Positions 39,119-51,733 of a DNA stretch of 64,000 nt are shown here, piece by piece. Source of the stretch: Octopus sinensis (lineage: Eukaryota); contig NC_043004.1 of NCBI RefSeq assembly GCF_006345805.1, positions 1,364,001 through 1,428,000 on the forward strand. Reading direction: 5' to 3'. The notes under the pieces were generated by a model. The model saw only the letters and a program-made list of their open reading frames with translations, was not told where the DNA came from and made no database searches. A program made the position numbers and the translations under genes. Positions within the stretch are counted from its first letter, which is position 1, and each line of letters starts with the position of its first letter.

Positions 39119-39686
39119 CCAGAAGTTGGGGATCTTGTCATGCCCAGGTGCCTTCCAGTTGCTTAGTTTTTGCAGTGCCTGGGTGACTTCTTAAGTTGTT
39201 ATGGGGGTCCAGAGTTGCTCAGATGCTGAGTTTGTTGTTTTAATACACCTTTTTTTTTGGTTGTTTGTTCACCGACCATATTTCTCTCCAGAATTCTTCC
39301 ACTTCTTCTGCCGTTGGTGCTGCAGTGATTTCTATTTTATTTTTGCCAAGTTCTTGGTAGAACTTTTTGGGGTTGGAGTTGAACTTTTTGTTTTGTTCAA
39401 AGAAGCGCTGGCGTTTCTCGTACCGGCAGATCCTTTGTGCTTTGGCAAGGATATCTTGCTTCAGCTTTTCTTTTATCTCAGGTAAATCTTTTTCTGTGAT
39501 GTCGTATTTGCGGAGTATTTTTGTTTTCTTTTTGTTGCTCAGTAGCGTTGATTGTCTGCTGATTTCATTAAGAATCGACAGATCTTTTCTCATTTTTTAA
39601 ATTTTGTTTTGGATGTTATTTATCCACAGGATTTGTTTGGGTGGTGGTACTCCTGTTTGGATGGGTTTGAGTGAGTATCTAGCTTC

Positions 39687-39761
<75 letters not shown>

Positions 39762-39799
39762 CATTATTATTATTATTATTATCATTATTATTATTATTG

Positions 39800-40345
39800 A
39801 GTGAGAGAGCAGTGCGTGCCATCAAAGTGACACTGGGGTAAAATATACGAAGCCCAGCACACCCATCATGACTACCTGTCTGATAAGGGTACACTAGGCA
39901 CATGCATCACAAACATATGTGCGCGACATAGTGATCTCATATCAAGATAAACAGCAGGTGGGACCCAGTTAGAATTTTCTTCTGGTCGAGTAACCCATCC
40001 CGCTCAAAAGGTCCCTGAATAAGGGTTATTTAATGATGTTGAACGAGCCACCCATGTTTCTAGAGGTGAATTATTCAAACCCCAAAGAATCGCACTCAAC
40101 ACATGGCTATGATGCTCACCCACTACTTCTGCTCATGATCAGAGATGCACATATTGTCAGCCACTAAGGGACATGCTCAACTGGTTAAGGTCAAACAACT
40201 GACAAGCAAATCTGTGGTATTGAGCAGTATATTTGTTGTAGCCCATCTTTTATACCAAGACAAAACAATGTACATGATAACACTTCTAATCAGTTAAGAT
40301 CAGAAGCCACGAGAGCTACTGCTTGGTACTGCGTCAGGGCATTTA
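39800..40345 (-). repeat. Non-coding ~540-bp interspersed-repeat-like segment ending in (AAT)n
   Basis: Complex non-coding block bounded by (ATT)n on the left and att/(CTT)n on the right; single copy in this window, so repeat status is inferred. Confidence 0.4.
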
Positions 40346-41749
40346 TTATCATTCTTCTTCTTCTTCTTCTTCTTCTTCTTCTTCTTCTTCTTCTTTTTTA
40401 TTTTTATCTTTGTTATATCTTGCTGTGTGTCACCCTGATACTTGAGACAAAATTTGGTAATACACGCATTTATCAATCAACTATTGTTATCGTAAGGGCG
40501 TAAACAACACAATAGATGTCATTGCAAGTTATTTAAATTGATGATACTCTTCTCAAGGCATTTACAGTACCGGCCAGCACTATTTTCTGTGTCTTTTGCA
40601 TGAAGGACTATACAGTAATTTGGTCTAAACATATTTTTTGTCTCTTTATGAGCAGAATGCTTTTGGGAAGGGAAAATGAAGACATTAATATACCTCTAGT
40701 TTTCCTTTAAAAATGAGCGGTCATCTATATGCTTACAATATGGCAATTGTAGAATAATGTGTATGCTATCAACTGAGGCGGTGTGAGTGGAAGCATATAC
40801 TTGGTCTTTAAGATCAAGGACGAGGTGAAGTGACAAGAGGGGTTGATTCTGCTCATATTTGCCCATAGGGTTGGGGTTTCAAAAAATAAGTAAACGAAAT
40901 ACAAGGGTTACAATTACTGACATTGTTAGGGTTTTGACTCTTGTTTTGACCGCACTTCTACAACACAGTATGAGCAGATGGTGAGCGGGGAGATGACATG
41001 AAATACCACGTGACTGGGTGGTGTCTCTGTTGGTAAGTCAGTTCTGTTGATCACCGAAGGCTACAAATAACAACAACATCAGCGACGTATTATTAGTCGC
41101 AGCTTGGAACATAGTGGAAAATATCGCTTTATTTTCAGTCGGGAGCTATTACTAAGAAGCTGAGTTCTGGCCTTAATAGTATACGTCAACCTTTGCAAAA
41201 ATGAGGAGCAGCAGAAGATTGGAAGATCATGGTAAATTTCTAAAAGGAAGATATGAATTCATTCGCAGTTCATTCGAATCACCAAAGAAGAGCTGATGGA
41301 TCATCCGAACTAGTTGAACGAGGATGGTGGGAGATGGGTGGATGGAAAAAGGGATGAGCTGGCTGAGAAAGAGAAGGGTTAGACAAAACCAAACCAACAA
41401 ATTAACAAGGAACACACGTGAAATGCCCAGAGTACAAAGGAGAAATGCTAATCCAGTTTCCTCAGAACGTATGGATGAGATTCTTTTATATTCATATATC
41501 TAAAAAAATTAGCAGCAGAATCATTGTAAATATTTGCTCTCTATTGATGATATAAATATGTTTAAATATCTAACTTGTCCTTTATGCTTGAGGTATATGC
41601 GGTCATCTGATGAGAACGGTTTAATTTTTAATGATGCAATGCATTCATTGATCAATTAAAGGTGTCGCACGAAGTGGCCTTAATGAATTGACACTTATAT
41701 ATCTTTGTTACTCATTTATATTCATATATCTATATACCAATTTACACAT

Positions 41750-41862
<113 letters not shown>

Positions 41863-41869
41863 GAAGATA

Positions 41870-41972
41870 TGTGCATAAACAACAAACAGGTGTAATAGTT
41901 TGACGCTCGGGAAGGTGAGAAAGTCTTTTAAATTTCGAGCCTACGCTCTTCAACAGAAAGCAACACGAGGAA

Positions 41973-41975
<3 letters not shown>
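41870..41975 (-). mobile_element. PLE terminal-repeat-like element with variant hammerhead motif (41925-41960)
   Basis: ctttCTGTTGAagagcgtaggctcGAAAtttaaaag; homologous to 4530-4610 and 47810-47895. Confidence 0.6.
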
Positions 41976-42009
<34 letters not shown>

Positions 42010-42065
42010 ATAAAAAGAGAGAGAATAAAAAATACTTGTGGATTTAGAGGTTAATCATGGTGACA

Positions 42066-42101
<36 letters not shown>

Positions 42102-43432
42102 CATGCATGTATTTCACTTAGCTTTTGTAATGCGTCTTAAGATATATTATAATGCTTTTGTGTTCAAGCGTCGTTTTTATTTGATTATGTATCCACATCC
42201 CCACACGTTTTCTATTTTTCTGTAGCTCGTGGTGGTGTGAACGAATGAGTCCTTGTGGCAAATAAAATGAAAGCATCATCATCATCATTATCATCATCAT
42301 CACTTGCACTTATTTCGTATTTCGTTCCGACAGCTTTCTTCCGTGTCAATAGCTAATTCTTGCCTTTAGTAGACACATACGTTGACATTTCCATGTTTTA
42401 TCACATTCGACCGAGTGCAAAGCAACGCCGTATCCCACAATTCAGTCCGCTGAACGCCTTTCTAGAGGAAGCACCATTTCTCGTCAATTATACCACGTTA
42501 TTCTTATGTCTCCATTTCAAGTGACAGCTACACGTCTTGAAGCATAATTTATCGAAACTCTTCTATCAGTCAGCAGATTTATGAAGAATTAATGCAGATA
42601 CTATTTGCCCCTTTACTTTCCATGCAGTTTTATACTGTTTCTGTTTTTTTTTTCCTTTTTAAAGAATTCTTTAATCCCCGCCACTAACTTCCTCTCTTTA
42701 TGTAAACCCTTCCTCAGGTATTGTAAAACATGCATTTTGCTTTTTGTCCTGCAACTCTTCATCTCTTCCACTCCTTTCCTCCTTAATTCAAATTCTCTCC
42801 TCTCATCACTCCGACTTCATTTTCTTATTTATGGCTTTATACAAATACGTCCTTGTTAATTCTTGCCCATGAATTATTTGCTACTTTTTCCCATACACAC
42901 ACACACACACACACATACATCTGTACATACATACATACATACATACATACAGACAGATAGACAGATATCATGTATGCAACGCACGCACCCACACATGCAC
43001 TCACATACACATATCGCCACATATGCATAAACACACATACAGATTAGTCCAAAAGTTTTTATTGAAGTGATTGCGTTAAAAGAACGTAATAATAGTCTCC
43101 GATACAACACACACCATTCTGAAATGCAATAATGATAATCATAATCATTAGATTATCAGAGGGATTAAATTGAGAATGTGACAGAAATTTAGATTTTTCT
43201 GTGAACTGTCGTTTCTGAGTTGACTTGGTTAAAGATTATACACTGGAGATAGTGTTCAACAATAATGTCTAATGCTAATTCTGACTCCATTCTATGCTTG
43301 TTGCTTTTATACACAGACTTCTCTTTATGCAAAGAAAAATGACCATAATCCACTTCATCGACCCAAATATATCAATATTATTTGTTTTTTAGCAAAGTCA
43401 ATCGAGTTAAATTTGAACTCATAACTTATAGA

Positions 43433-43603
43433 CGCAGGAGTGGCTGTGTGGTAAGAAGCTTGCTTCCCAACCACATGGTTCCGGGTTCAGTCCCACTGCG
43501 TGGCACATTGGGCAAGTATCTTCTACTATAGCTTCGAGTTGACCAAAGCCCTGTGAGTGGATTTGGTAGATGGAAACTGAAAGACGCCCGTCATATATAT
43601 GTA

Positions 43604-43699
<96 letters not shown>

Positions 43700-44210
43700 A
43701 AATGGATGAATGAATTATTCTTTGTTTACAGATAACACGGAAAATTCAAAAAACATTTACCAGGGTAGCAAAATTCACGCAAGTAACAAGGATGTAGCGA
43801 CCTATTCAAAGGTAGAAACACTGGGTTAATGTGCAGTAATGTGTATAGTATAAGTAAATAAATGGAGTTGAACGCAGGTATTATTCAAATTCTTTTACTT
43901 TCGACATATGTTTCGAAGACAACATTGGTTTTATTCCAAAGGAATATTATTCCTTTGGAATAATACCTGCGTTCAACTCCATTCATTTACTTATATATGT
44001 ATCTATGTATTTGTGTCTGTTTGTCTCTCCATCATCGTTTGACAACCAATGTTGGTGTGTTTACGTCCCCCTAACCTAGCGGTTCGGTAAAAAAGACCGA
44101 TAGAATAGGTACTAGGCCTACAAAGAATAAGTCCTGGGGTCGATTTGTTCGACTAAAGGCGATGCTCCAGCATGGCTTCAGTCCAAATGGCTGAAGCAAG
44201 TAAAAGAACT
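43433..44210 (+). mobile_element. SINE family B interrupted within its microsatellite by a PLE-like insert (~43700-43995)
   Basis: 5' half 43433-43592, 3' half ~44000-44210; insert has inverted arms 43849-43886 / 43958-43995. Confidence 0.8.
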
Positions 44211-44418
44211 TGAGGTATAAAACACTGTATACCAAATGGATTGTTTTTTATTTCGTTGATCCATCATCTTTAAAAAAAATATTCACTCTGTAGGATAAAG
44301 TTCTGGATGCTTTTACATGGTCGCGTCTTTTACACATACACGCACACACATACACACATACACACACACACACACACAGACACACACACACACACACACA
44401 AACACCACATATATTTAA

Positions 44419-44823
44419 GGCGGCGAGCAAGCAGTAACGTTAGCACGCCGGGCGAAATGCTTAGCAGTATTTCGCCTGCCGTTACGTTCTGAGTTCAATT
44501 TCCGCCGAGGTCGACTTTGCCTTTCATCCTTTCGGGGTCGATTAAATAAGTATCAGTTACGCACTGGGGTTTATGTAATTGACTTAATACGTTTTTCTGT
44601 CCTTGTTTGTCCTCTCTGTGTTTAGCCCCTTGTGGGTAGTAAAGAAATTGGTATTTCGTCTGCCGTTACGTTATAAGTTCAAATTCCGCCGAGGTCGACT
44701 TTGCCTTTCATCCTTTCGGGGTCGATTAAATAAGTACCAGTTACACACTGGGGTCGATGTAATCGACTCAATCCCTTTGTTTGTCCCCCTCTGTGTTTAG
44801 CTCCCTGTGGGCAATAAAGAAAT
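44419..44823 (+). mobile_element. SINE family C, dimeric form
   Basis: Head plus two tandem cores, as at 18894. Confidence 0.85.
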
Positions 44824-46540
44824 ACAATTATGTATATGTATATATGATTTAAACAAACCGGAGCAAAGATACTCAGTGCCGCAGTAAAATAGAAAAGTTG
44901 ATTTGAGATGATCCTATGGTATTCCCGTGACGTGTTGCCAGTTCATCAGACAGGAACACACTGATTAACTAATATTTTTGCATATCGGGAAACAACACGG
45001 TAACAGGCCATTGGATCAACCTCAATAAACAACACCCTCATACACACGCGCTTCTATATACAGAGTCATCTGTATTATTCTTATCACCAAGGAAAGTAGG
45101 AAATTTTGGCCAGTAGTCATGTATACAGATAAGCATAAGATACCTAATGACGATTAGAAATCAAACTAATCCAGGCCCAGATACGATATCATCTCCGTTA
45201 ATCCAGGTTTTACAACCCACTATATTACTTATATGAGTTCCTGCTGTATTTTGGATGTACAATAATCCTTTGCACTTCCAGTCATTTTGGAGATATTCAT
45301 ATCCGTTTCCTCTTCATTTCCTGCATTTCCACATAAATTGTTCCATATTAATGTTATTTATCTTAAATTTACCAACCGTATAAAATATTCATAATTTAAA
45401 AGGCCTAATTAGATTTAAACACGTATTTACTTTCACATTTGGCTTTAAAGTCTAAATCCTTTGTAATATGCATTGTTTATTTTCTCCAAATATTTCTGCA
45501 AAAGGATTCTACTGGAGTTAACCCTGTTACTTGTTTTTTTCTTTTGTAGGTTTGTCTTTAAACATCCACAGAAGGATACATTATCAACACCCCTCTTGTT
45601 TGTTATTTTACGGGGCTCTGAAACAACTACTCAAGAACATTTTTACAACTAGCAACTTGGATAACCCCAATTGCTTGAAAGTTTTTTACTTCACCGTATT
45701 ACAAATGGGATACCCTTCGTAAAAGGACAATCTTATTGATTGTTATATTGGTAGAAAGCGAGTATTTAATAGGAGTATAACATAATTTATTAAATTGACA
45801 AAGGTCCATGCAAGATTTTATTTAAAAGCTTTAGCATGTAATGCTGATCCAAGTGAAATTTGAACGCAAAATGCTGATAAACCGAGATAATATAAGTTAT
45901 TTAGTCCAGGACTCTTAAAATTCTCCCTGTTCTCTACTAGGACTGCTTTAAATAATTTTAAAACGAATACTTTCTATAGTCAAAATTTAATTAGAATATC
46001 TTAGGGGAAAATTAGGAGTTAAAGTTAGTAGAAAGACAGAATAAATGACTCTGTATGTTTGTGTATGTGTGTGGGGGGGAGGCAAAAATTAAAGACCAAC
46101 CCTAAACAGGACTGTCAGTGTTGTTTTTATTGCTACGTAGCTCCCCGTTCATCTCTGTTGCGGATGACCTATGACAGAAAGCAATCTGGTTTTGACAATA
46201 TCGCCGCTTTAATTTTTAATATGAGACTGTAATATCCAATTTGCTTCTTTAAGACGGTACGGAGAAATTTGAGAAAGATTTGGCTTATGCTTTCGCAGAC
46301 CGGATGACCGTTTAAATGAGGTTTCCTTCAGTGGCTTGGAAGAGTAGATGTTACAAGATGTTGGTGTCTTTAAATCTCCATTTCAACAGCGATGGCGACT
46401 TAAACATGCTGGATAACTGTCATATCACTCGCGATTTCGTTTATAAAACCCATCATCTTGGAGAAGTGAATCCTGAACTTGTTGAACTCTGCATTGATAA
46501 ACAGAGTGAAGAATTTAAGAATTAAATATCTTGGCTTCAG

Positions 46541-46610
46541 AGAAAATGGAATTCCGGGAATATCTATGCCTCCCACCCACCCTACACCGAAAGTCTCAAC
46601 AGAACTTTCG
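46541..46610 (+). CDS. Candidate exon (hypothetical)
   Basis: Acceptor atatcttggcttcAG and donor cg|GTAAGA; locally higher GC; no recognised domain. Confidence 0.2.
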
Positions 46611-46860
46611 GTAAGATTGGTCATACTTTTTTTTATATGTAAAAAAGTTAATTATTTAAAAAATTCTTTCATTTAATGTCGTAGCTTGAAACAATTCCTA
46701 ATTTATATGAACATTTTTGAGCACTTGGGTAAAAAATATCTCACAAAGACCCACTATGATGCATTCAGTGGAGTATACATTTGTATAAATGGTACCAAGC
46801 GAGCGTGTGTGTGTATATGTATACATGGTGGAATAATAAAAAAAAGTTCTTGGTACAGTG

Positions 46861-46905
<45 letters not shown>

Positions 46906-47469
46906 ATATATATATACATATATGTATGGTAAGAGGAGGGATATAAAGTTTAGGAGATACCGAATTTCTCTGTGTTAAATCCAAGGCTGGTTCCTTCAGA
47001 TAGTGCATTTTTTGGTAAACCTCTTTTAACTACCAGCTGACGTGACTATAAAATATGTAAAAATCAATCAACAGAAAAGTATTCTATAAATAATCACTCC
47101 CCAACTGGCCAAGGAAATTTACCAACTTCAAGAAGCACTGCTGCTGTTGCTGAGTTTTACTCAAAAACAATCAGTTGAGAAAAACAGCGCATCGCTGAAT
47201 GTCATGGTTTACTGCTACTGCTACAAAGCCCAATTTAAACTAAGTACGGAGGAAAAATTCCTCTTCGAATAATGTCATACTTATATACCCTGAAGAGATC
47301 GTACTGATAATGCATAAATCGCTACTTATAAACATGTAACAAAATGAGGTTAATGCGATCGAAACACGTGTCGGACAATTATTATGAATAAACAAAGTGG
47401 AAATAAGCATAAAGTTTGAATGTTCAAATCTTCATTCTCCTTATTATCAATATACATACATACATACAT

Positions 47470-47522
<53 letters not shown>

Positions 47523-47789
47523 GTGTAGTGTTCCGTGATGGTAAGACCAGCATAAAAGTATTCCATCTGGTGAGAAATAAATATTTTTATAAATACACAA
47601 TATATGTTTTTATATGCCACTATAAGTTTCATGTGCTGAGAGCATGCCAAAATACTGTCTGGTGTGCTCTCAGCACATGAAACTAATAGTATCAAAAGTA
47701 ACAAATAAAACATATTGTGTTTATCAAATAATATATAGACACACACACACACATACACACATAGTTGAAATTTACAGCAAAACAAAAGA

Positions 47790-47895
47790 CGAAGACGGAT
47801 ATAAGCTACAAACAGGTTTATTAGTTTAACGCTCGGGAAGGTGAGAAAGTCTTTTACGTTTCGAGCCTACGCTCTTCAAAAAGGAACACGAGGAA
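47790..47895 (-). mobile_element. PLE terminal-repeat-like element with variant hammerhead motif (47851-47885)
   Basis: cctttttGAagagcgtaggctcGAAAcGTAaaag; CUG deleted relative to the family consensus. Confidence 0.6.
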
Positions 47896-47933
47896 TATAT
47901 ATATATATATATTATATATATATATATATAAAA

Positions 47934-47971
<38 letters not shown>

Positions 47972-49349
47972 TTATATACACAGGATACTTATGTGGCTTC
48001 CTCAGAAAAGAAAGAAGAACAATGTCTGTGACTTTTGTGGTTCCTCTGTGTCTGGTTAATAGAAAGAAAGATGTCCTCAGATTGAAATGTTGGTCTGAAT
48101 GTTTGTAGCAGAGTGGAGTCTCTGAAAGGAGGCATGCAAAAACCAGTTGATGGCGTTCAACAGGGTCATAAATTATGTTGAGGCGTTTCACCTCCAAGTT
48201 ATAACCTACATTGAAAGCTGGAGGAAGTGTCATTAAATTCTGGGTTACAACGTGCAGGTGGATGACTCATTTAGTAGAGGCAACATGAAGAATGAACAAC
48301 CAGCATTTCTGCAAATCAATACGAAATTTCCCAAGATATTTCCAATAAATTTAAAATTTTATTTAAATGAAATTGGAAATTGGAAATCAATAATGTTAAA
48401 TAATCTACCTAATGAGAGTACACACTTACATATACACACATACTCCCGCTCGCGTGAACCCACACATATGAAGGCACGATTCTACATAATTTTATAAAAG
48501 TTAGATTAGAATTAGTAAGCTGGTTTATTGTTTTAACTGCAAACAACTTTATAAAAGAAATCTATAACAAATGTTACAGTATCGTAGGAATCAGAAGTCT
48601 TTTGCGCATATGGCACACGACTTGTCACTATTATTGCTGTCACCATGGCGAATTTATCGTCAGTGATTTACAGCATGCAAATAGCAACCGGCCGATTAAA
48701 AGTTCTCTTTTCGTCAGATCGTGGACTACATCTTATCTGATTACATGAGGAATAGGAATCGATAGTATTTGGTACGATAGTGAGAACAGTTTCTGAAACC
48801 TGTTGAAATAGATTTAGCAAAGAAAATCTATCAAAAGCTCAATATCCAAAACATTGCAAAACATTATGGTGACATGAAACAACAACCTGTTTCTTCGAAT
48901 CACAACCTCAACATCTTAAATAAAGAAAGAAAACTCATAAAATGATGGGATGGTCACAAGTTGAATGTCTTTAATCATAGTTCTAATCGATCAGGATTGA
49001 CTCCGAGCTTTATGAGCATCGATTTTTTATCTATTTGGTCGCTTGTTTTGCTAGGAATAACAACCAAATAACTTTCAACTCATACCCAACCTTTCTCATA
49101 GAAACATAACAATTCATTGAATAATGCAGACTTAGATACACAAAGGCTGCAAAATATACAGGATAGCCATGGCTGGAATATCTTTGATTAGAAGTCCAGT
49201 GATAACTGATCCAACTACTTTAGTTTACATTTTCCTGTTGGTTACTGTAAATTACCAGAAATGGCATAAAGGTGATCAACGGTTCAAATGACACAGTAGT
49301 CTAGAGAGTTGCCGTTCTCAGATATAAACCACGGGAATACTGTATAATT

Positions 49350-51350
49350 TGTGTGTTTCGTTGTTTTGCAATGTTAACCTAAAATCTTTCACTTGGTGGC
49401 AGCCATCTCTAAAGGGTCAATTGTTGTAACAATAGCAGCGATACTGATGCTGAAGGACATAAATCTGAAGGTCTTACTTCTCACACGCGCGGTGCTAGAC
49501 GGTCCGATTATACCAAACTATTCTCTGAAGACAGGATCGGAGACAGCTGCACTTAGGACAGCCAGTTGTTATATAACGATATTCGATTTTGTCGTAAGTC
49601 TAGGGATGATCCAAACTTATCACCGTACCGCCAAAGTCAGATCAGTTCGCAGTTAGCTCTACAATGTGTCATATGCGGAGTATTTTGTGATAAATAAATC
49701 TGTTGGACATCTAACAAGTTTGTGCGTCTCTAACGCACTACCATCAACGAGTGCCTACATCTTGGCAAGCGTATTTACCGAAGTTTTCAACGTCTGTGTT
49801 TAGCAGAATCATGGGTTTTAATCTATGCTTCTCAACATTTTTGATCTTGTCTTTCCTGATAAGAAGGATGCAATCTAGAAGCATCGCCACATCCCGACTC
49901 AGACGAAATCTTTCCGCGTTGAGAAGAAAGCGTTCATCTTTCAGTCATCGCATCTCTCTCTTATAGAACGAATGTGTAATCTCTATACCCGAAACTGTAC
50001 GCAATTTACGTTCATACAATCAACACAAACTGGGCGAAAATCAAAGCGCAGCCTGGACGTCATGTTATTTGTCCAAGACATTAGCGCATTAAAGAAATCC
50101 AATCTCACAGACAACTGAAAATATCCAAGAAGGCTTCCGGGTTTTTTAACAATCTCACCTACTGCTTACCCATAAATTATTGTTGTGTGCAGCGTGAATT
50201 CCATTCTAATTGCTCACGAGCACTAATGAGCTTTGATTATGATTGCAAGATTTCTACAAGTGTGAAGTTCGGCTACCAATCTTCTATCCGGTCATCAACG
50301 ATTCTAATCTGAAGGCGCTATCGATGTCTTCCTTGCACAAGACAGCTGATTTACCGTCCGGGTCTTGGTAAACTGTCTTGCTTCTGAATCACGCCATTTA
50401 TTTCAGGCCGAGTCATCCAGAAGAGAAGCGAATGAGTCCCGAAATTCCTGGTTTCGCCGATGCCAACAACATTTAGACGTAGTGGACCTGTTTGTGCAGG
50501 TGCCCCTGCATGCACAACAAACTCCAGTCTCTGTGCATCTACATCTCTCACACTTAGCGGTGTCACGTCAGGTGTCACGTCAGGAAGAAGAAAAGGTGAA
50601 ACAAATATGAGTTGGGTCACTTACCTTGGCTTAATGGCAGTCCTTCTTTGGGCCATGGTAAGGGTCCTACAAATTCCTTTCCAGTATACAGGAAACTCTT
50701 TCTCAAGGAATGACACACTGGTTCTTATCAGAAATCTCCCTTGTGGTGTTTTGAGCGGAATAGTGCGTGCAGTTCTCCACAGGTTATGAAATCTGTACAA
50801 ACCTTTGAAACTTTGCTTCCTTTTCGGAGAACGATGGAATCGAAGTCTTCGCCTCTGTATTGTTGTTTCTGTTCCTGCTGCTACTACTTTTGATGCAGGG
50901 ATTTTTTCGATCTCAAGTTGTATTCGTTGTTACTGCTTTTGTTCTGTTGTAACTGTTGTTGAGGTTCTTTTGCGGGTTTTCTTGTGGTTGCGGCAAACAT
51001 TGTTACTGCTGTCCTTGTAGTGAATTTTTGTTGCTGGGATTTTGTTGGTATAGTGGTTGCAGTTGTTGCTATTGTTGCGGTGGTTGGTCTATCGGTAGGC
51101 TTGTGTATTATCCTTGTTTCTATTATTTTTTGTTTGATATTTCCAGGCCTTGCGTCGATAGTAGAAATATTTTTTTGTCTTGAAGCAAACAAACCTTTTT
51201 TGTTATTATCGTTCGTTATGGGTTTCATTTGCATTGTTCAAAATGATGTTATTTTTTATCACAAAATATTTTTTCTCGTTGTCAAGTAAATATATTCTCC
51301 TGATAAATTCGATTATTTTATTCCTCTTTTCTATTTATTTTCTGTAAAAA
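49350..51350 (-). mobile_element. Decayed, internally deleted L1/Tx1-like LINE (ORF1-APE-RT)
   Basis: Low-complexity ORF1-like region ending YWKGICRTLTMAQRRTAIKPR*; APE RLNVVGIGETR; RT-proximal RLKPMILLNTDVENFGK resembling RPISLLNTDYKILAK. Confidence 0.65.
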
Positions 51351-51695
51351 CATGCTTACGACTTTTGCTTAAGCAGGGATGCTTCTGTATGTTGTAGTCA
51401 TTTTGCTTGTTTAGAAAAAAAAAAAAAGCAAAACACAAAAAAACAAACAAACCTTTTTCTTAGCAAATTAAAGTCATTTTCCCCTAACTCTATTAGAAGA
51501 AAAATTAATGCAATTAATTAACATCCCTACCCAGTTATTTAGAAATTCTGCATTGAGCATTTTTCGCACATAGTTTCACTTGATAAAAATACACGATATA
51601 GGGAGCAAGATGAAACACGTTTGGCTGTCTCAAAACACAATAATAACGGAAACAAGAACGAAAAGCAAGAATAAATAATAATAATAATAATAATA

Positions 51696-51733
<38 letters not shown>

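Larger units (their letters stand above)
36685..39688 (-). mobile_element. 5'-truncated R4/Dong-like non-LTR retrotransposon flanked by (AAT)n on both sides
   Basis: RT, CCHC-like and PD-(D/E)xK-like segments in order; terminal ALLGTAHILRRTLSIQ; (AAT)n tail at 36685-36752 and (AAT)n at 39690-39798. Confidence 0.9.

Noticed and set aside
40283-40310. Short resemblance to U2 snRNA (ttctaatcagttaagatcaga)
   Set aside because: Only ~22 nt with several mismatches and no flanking U2 sequence; compatible with chance.
40950-41235. Splice-like sites (GTAAGT at ~41032, ttttcAG at ~41138)
   Set aside because: All frames of the implied exons contain stops; they could be UTR or lncRNA exons but cannot be supported without RNA data.
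45550-45720. Strong acceptor plus 57-codon frame, and a 15/17-nt match to 54233-54249
   Set aside because: No good donor, and similarity ends abruptly; not enough for an exon or paralogue call.
50600-51234. Possible host exon on the minus strand ending at a GTAAGT donor (~50617), and the T/Q-rich 116-aa ORF
   Set aside because: It lies directly upstream of APE and RT remnants in the same orientation; better explained as decayed LINE ORF1, whose stop overlaps the apparent donor.
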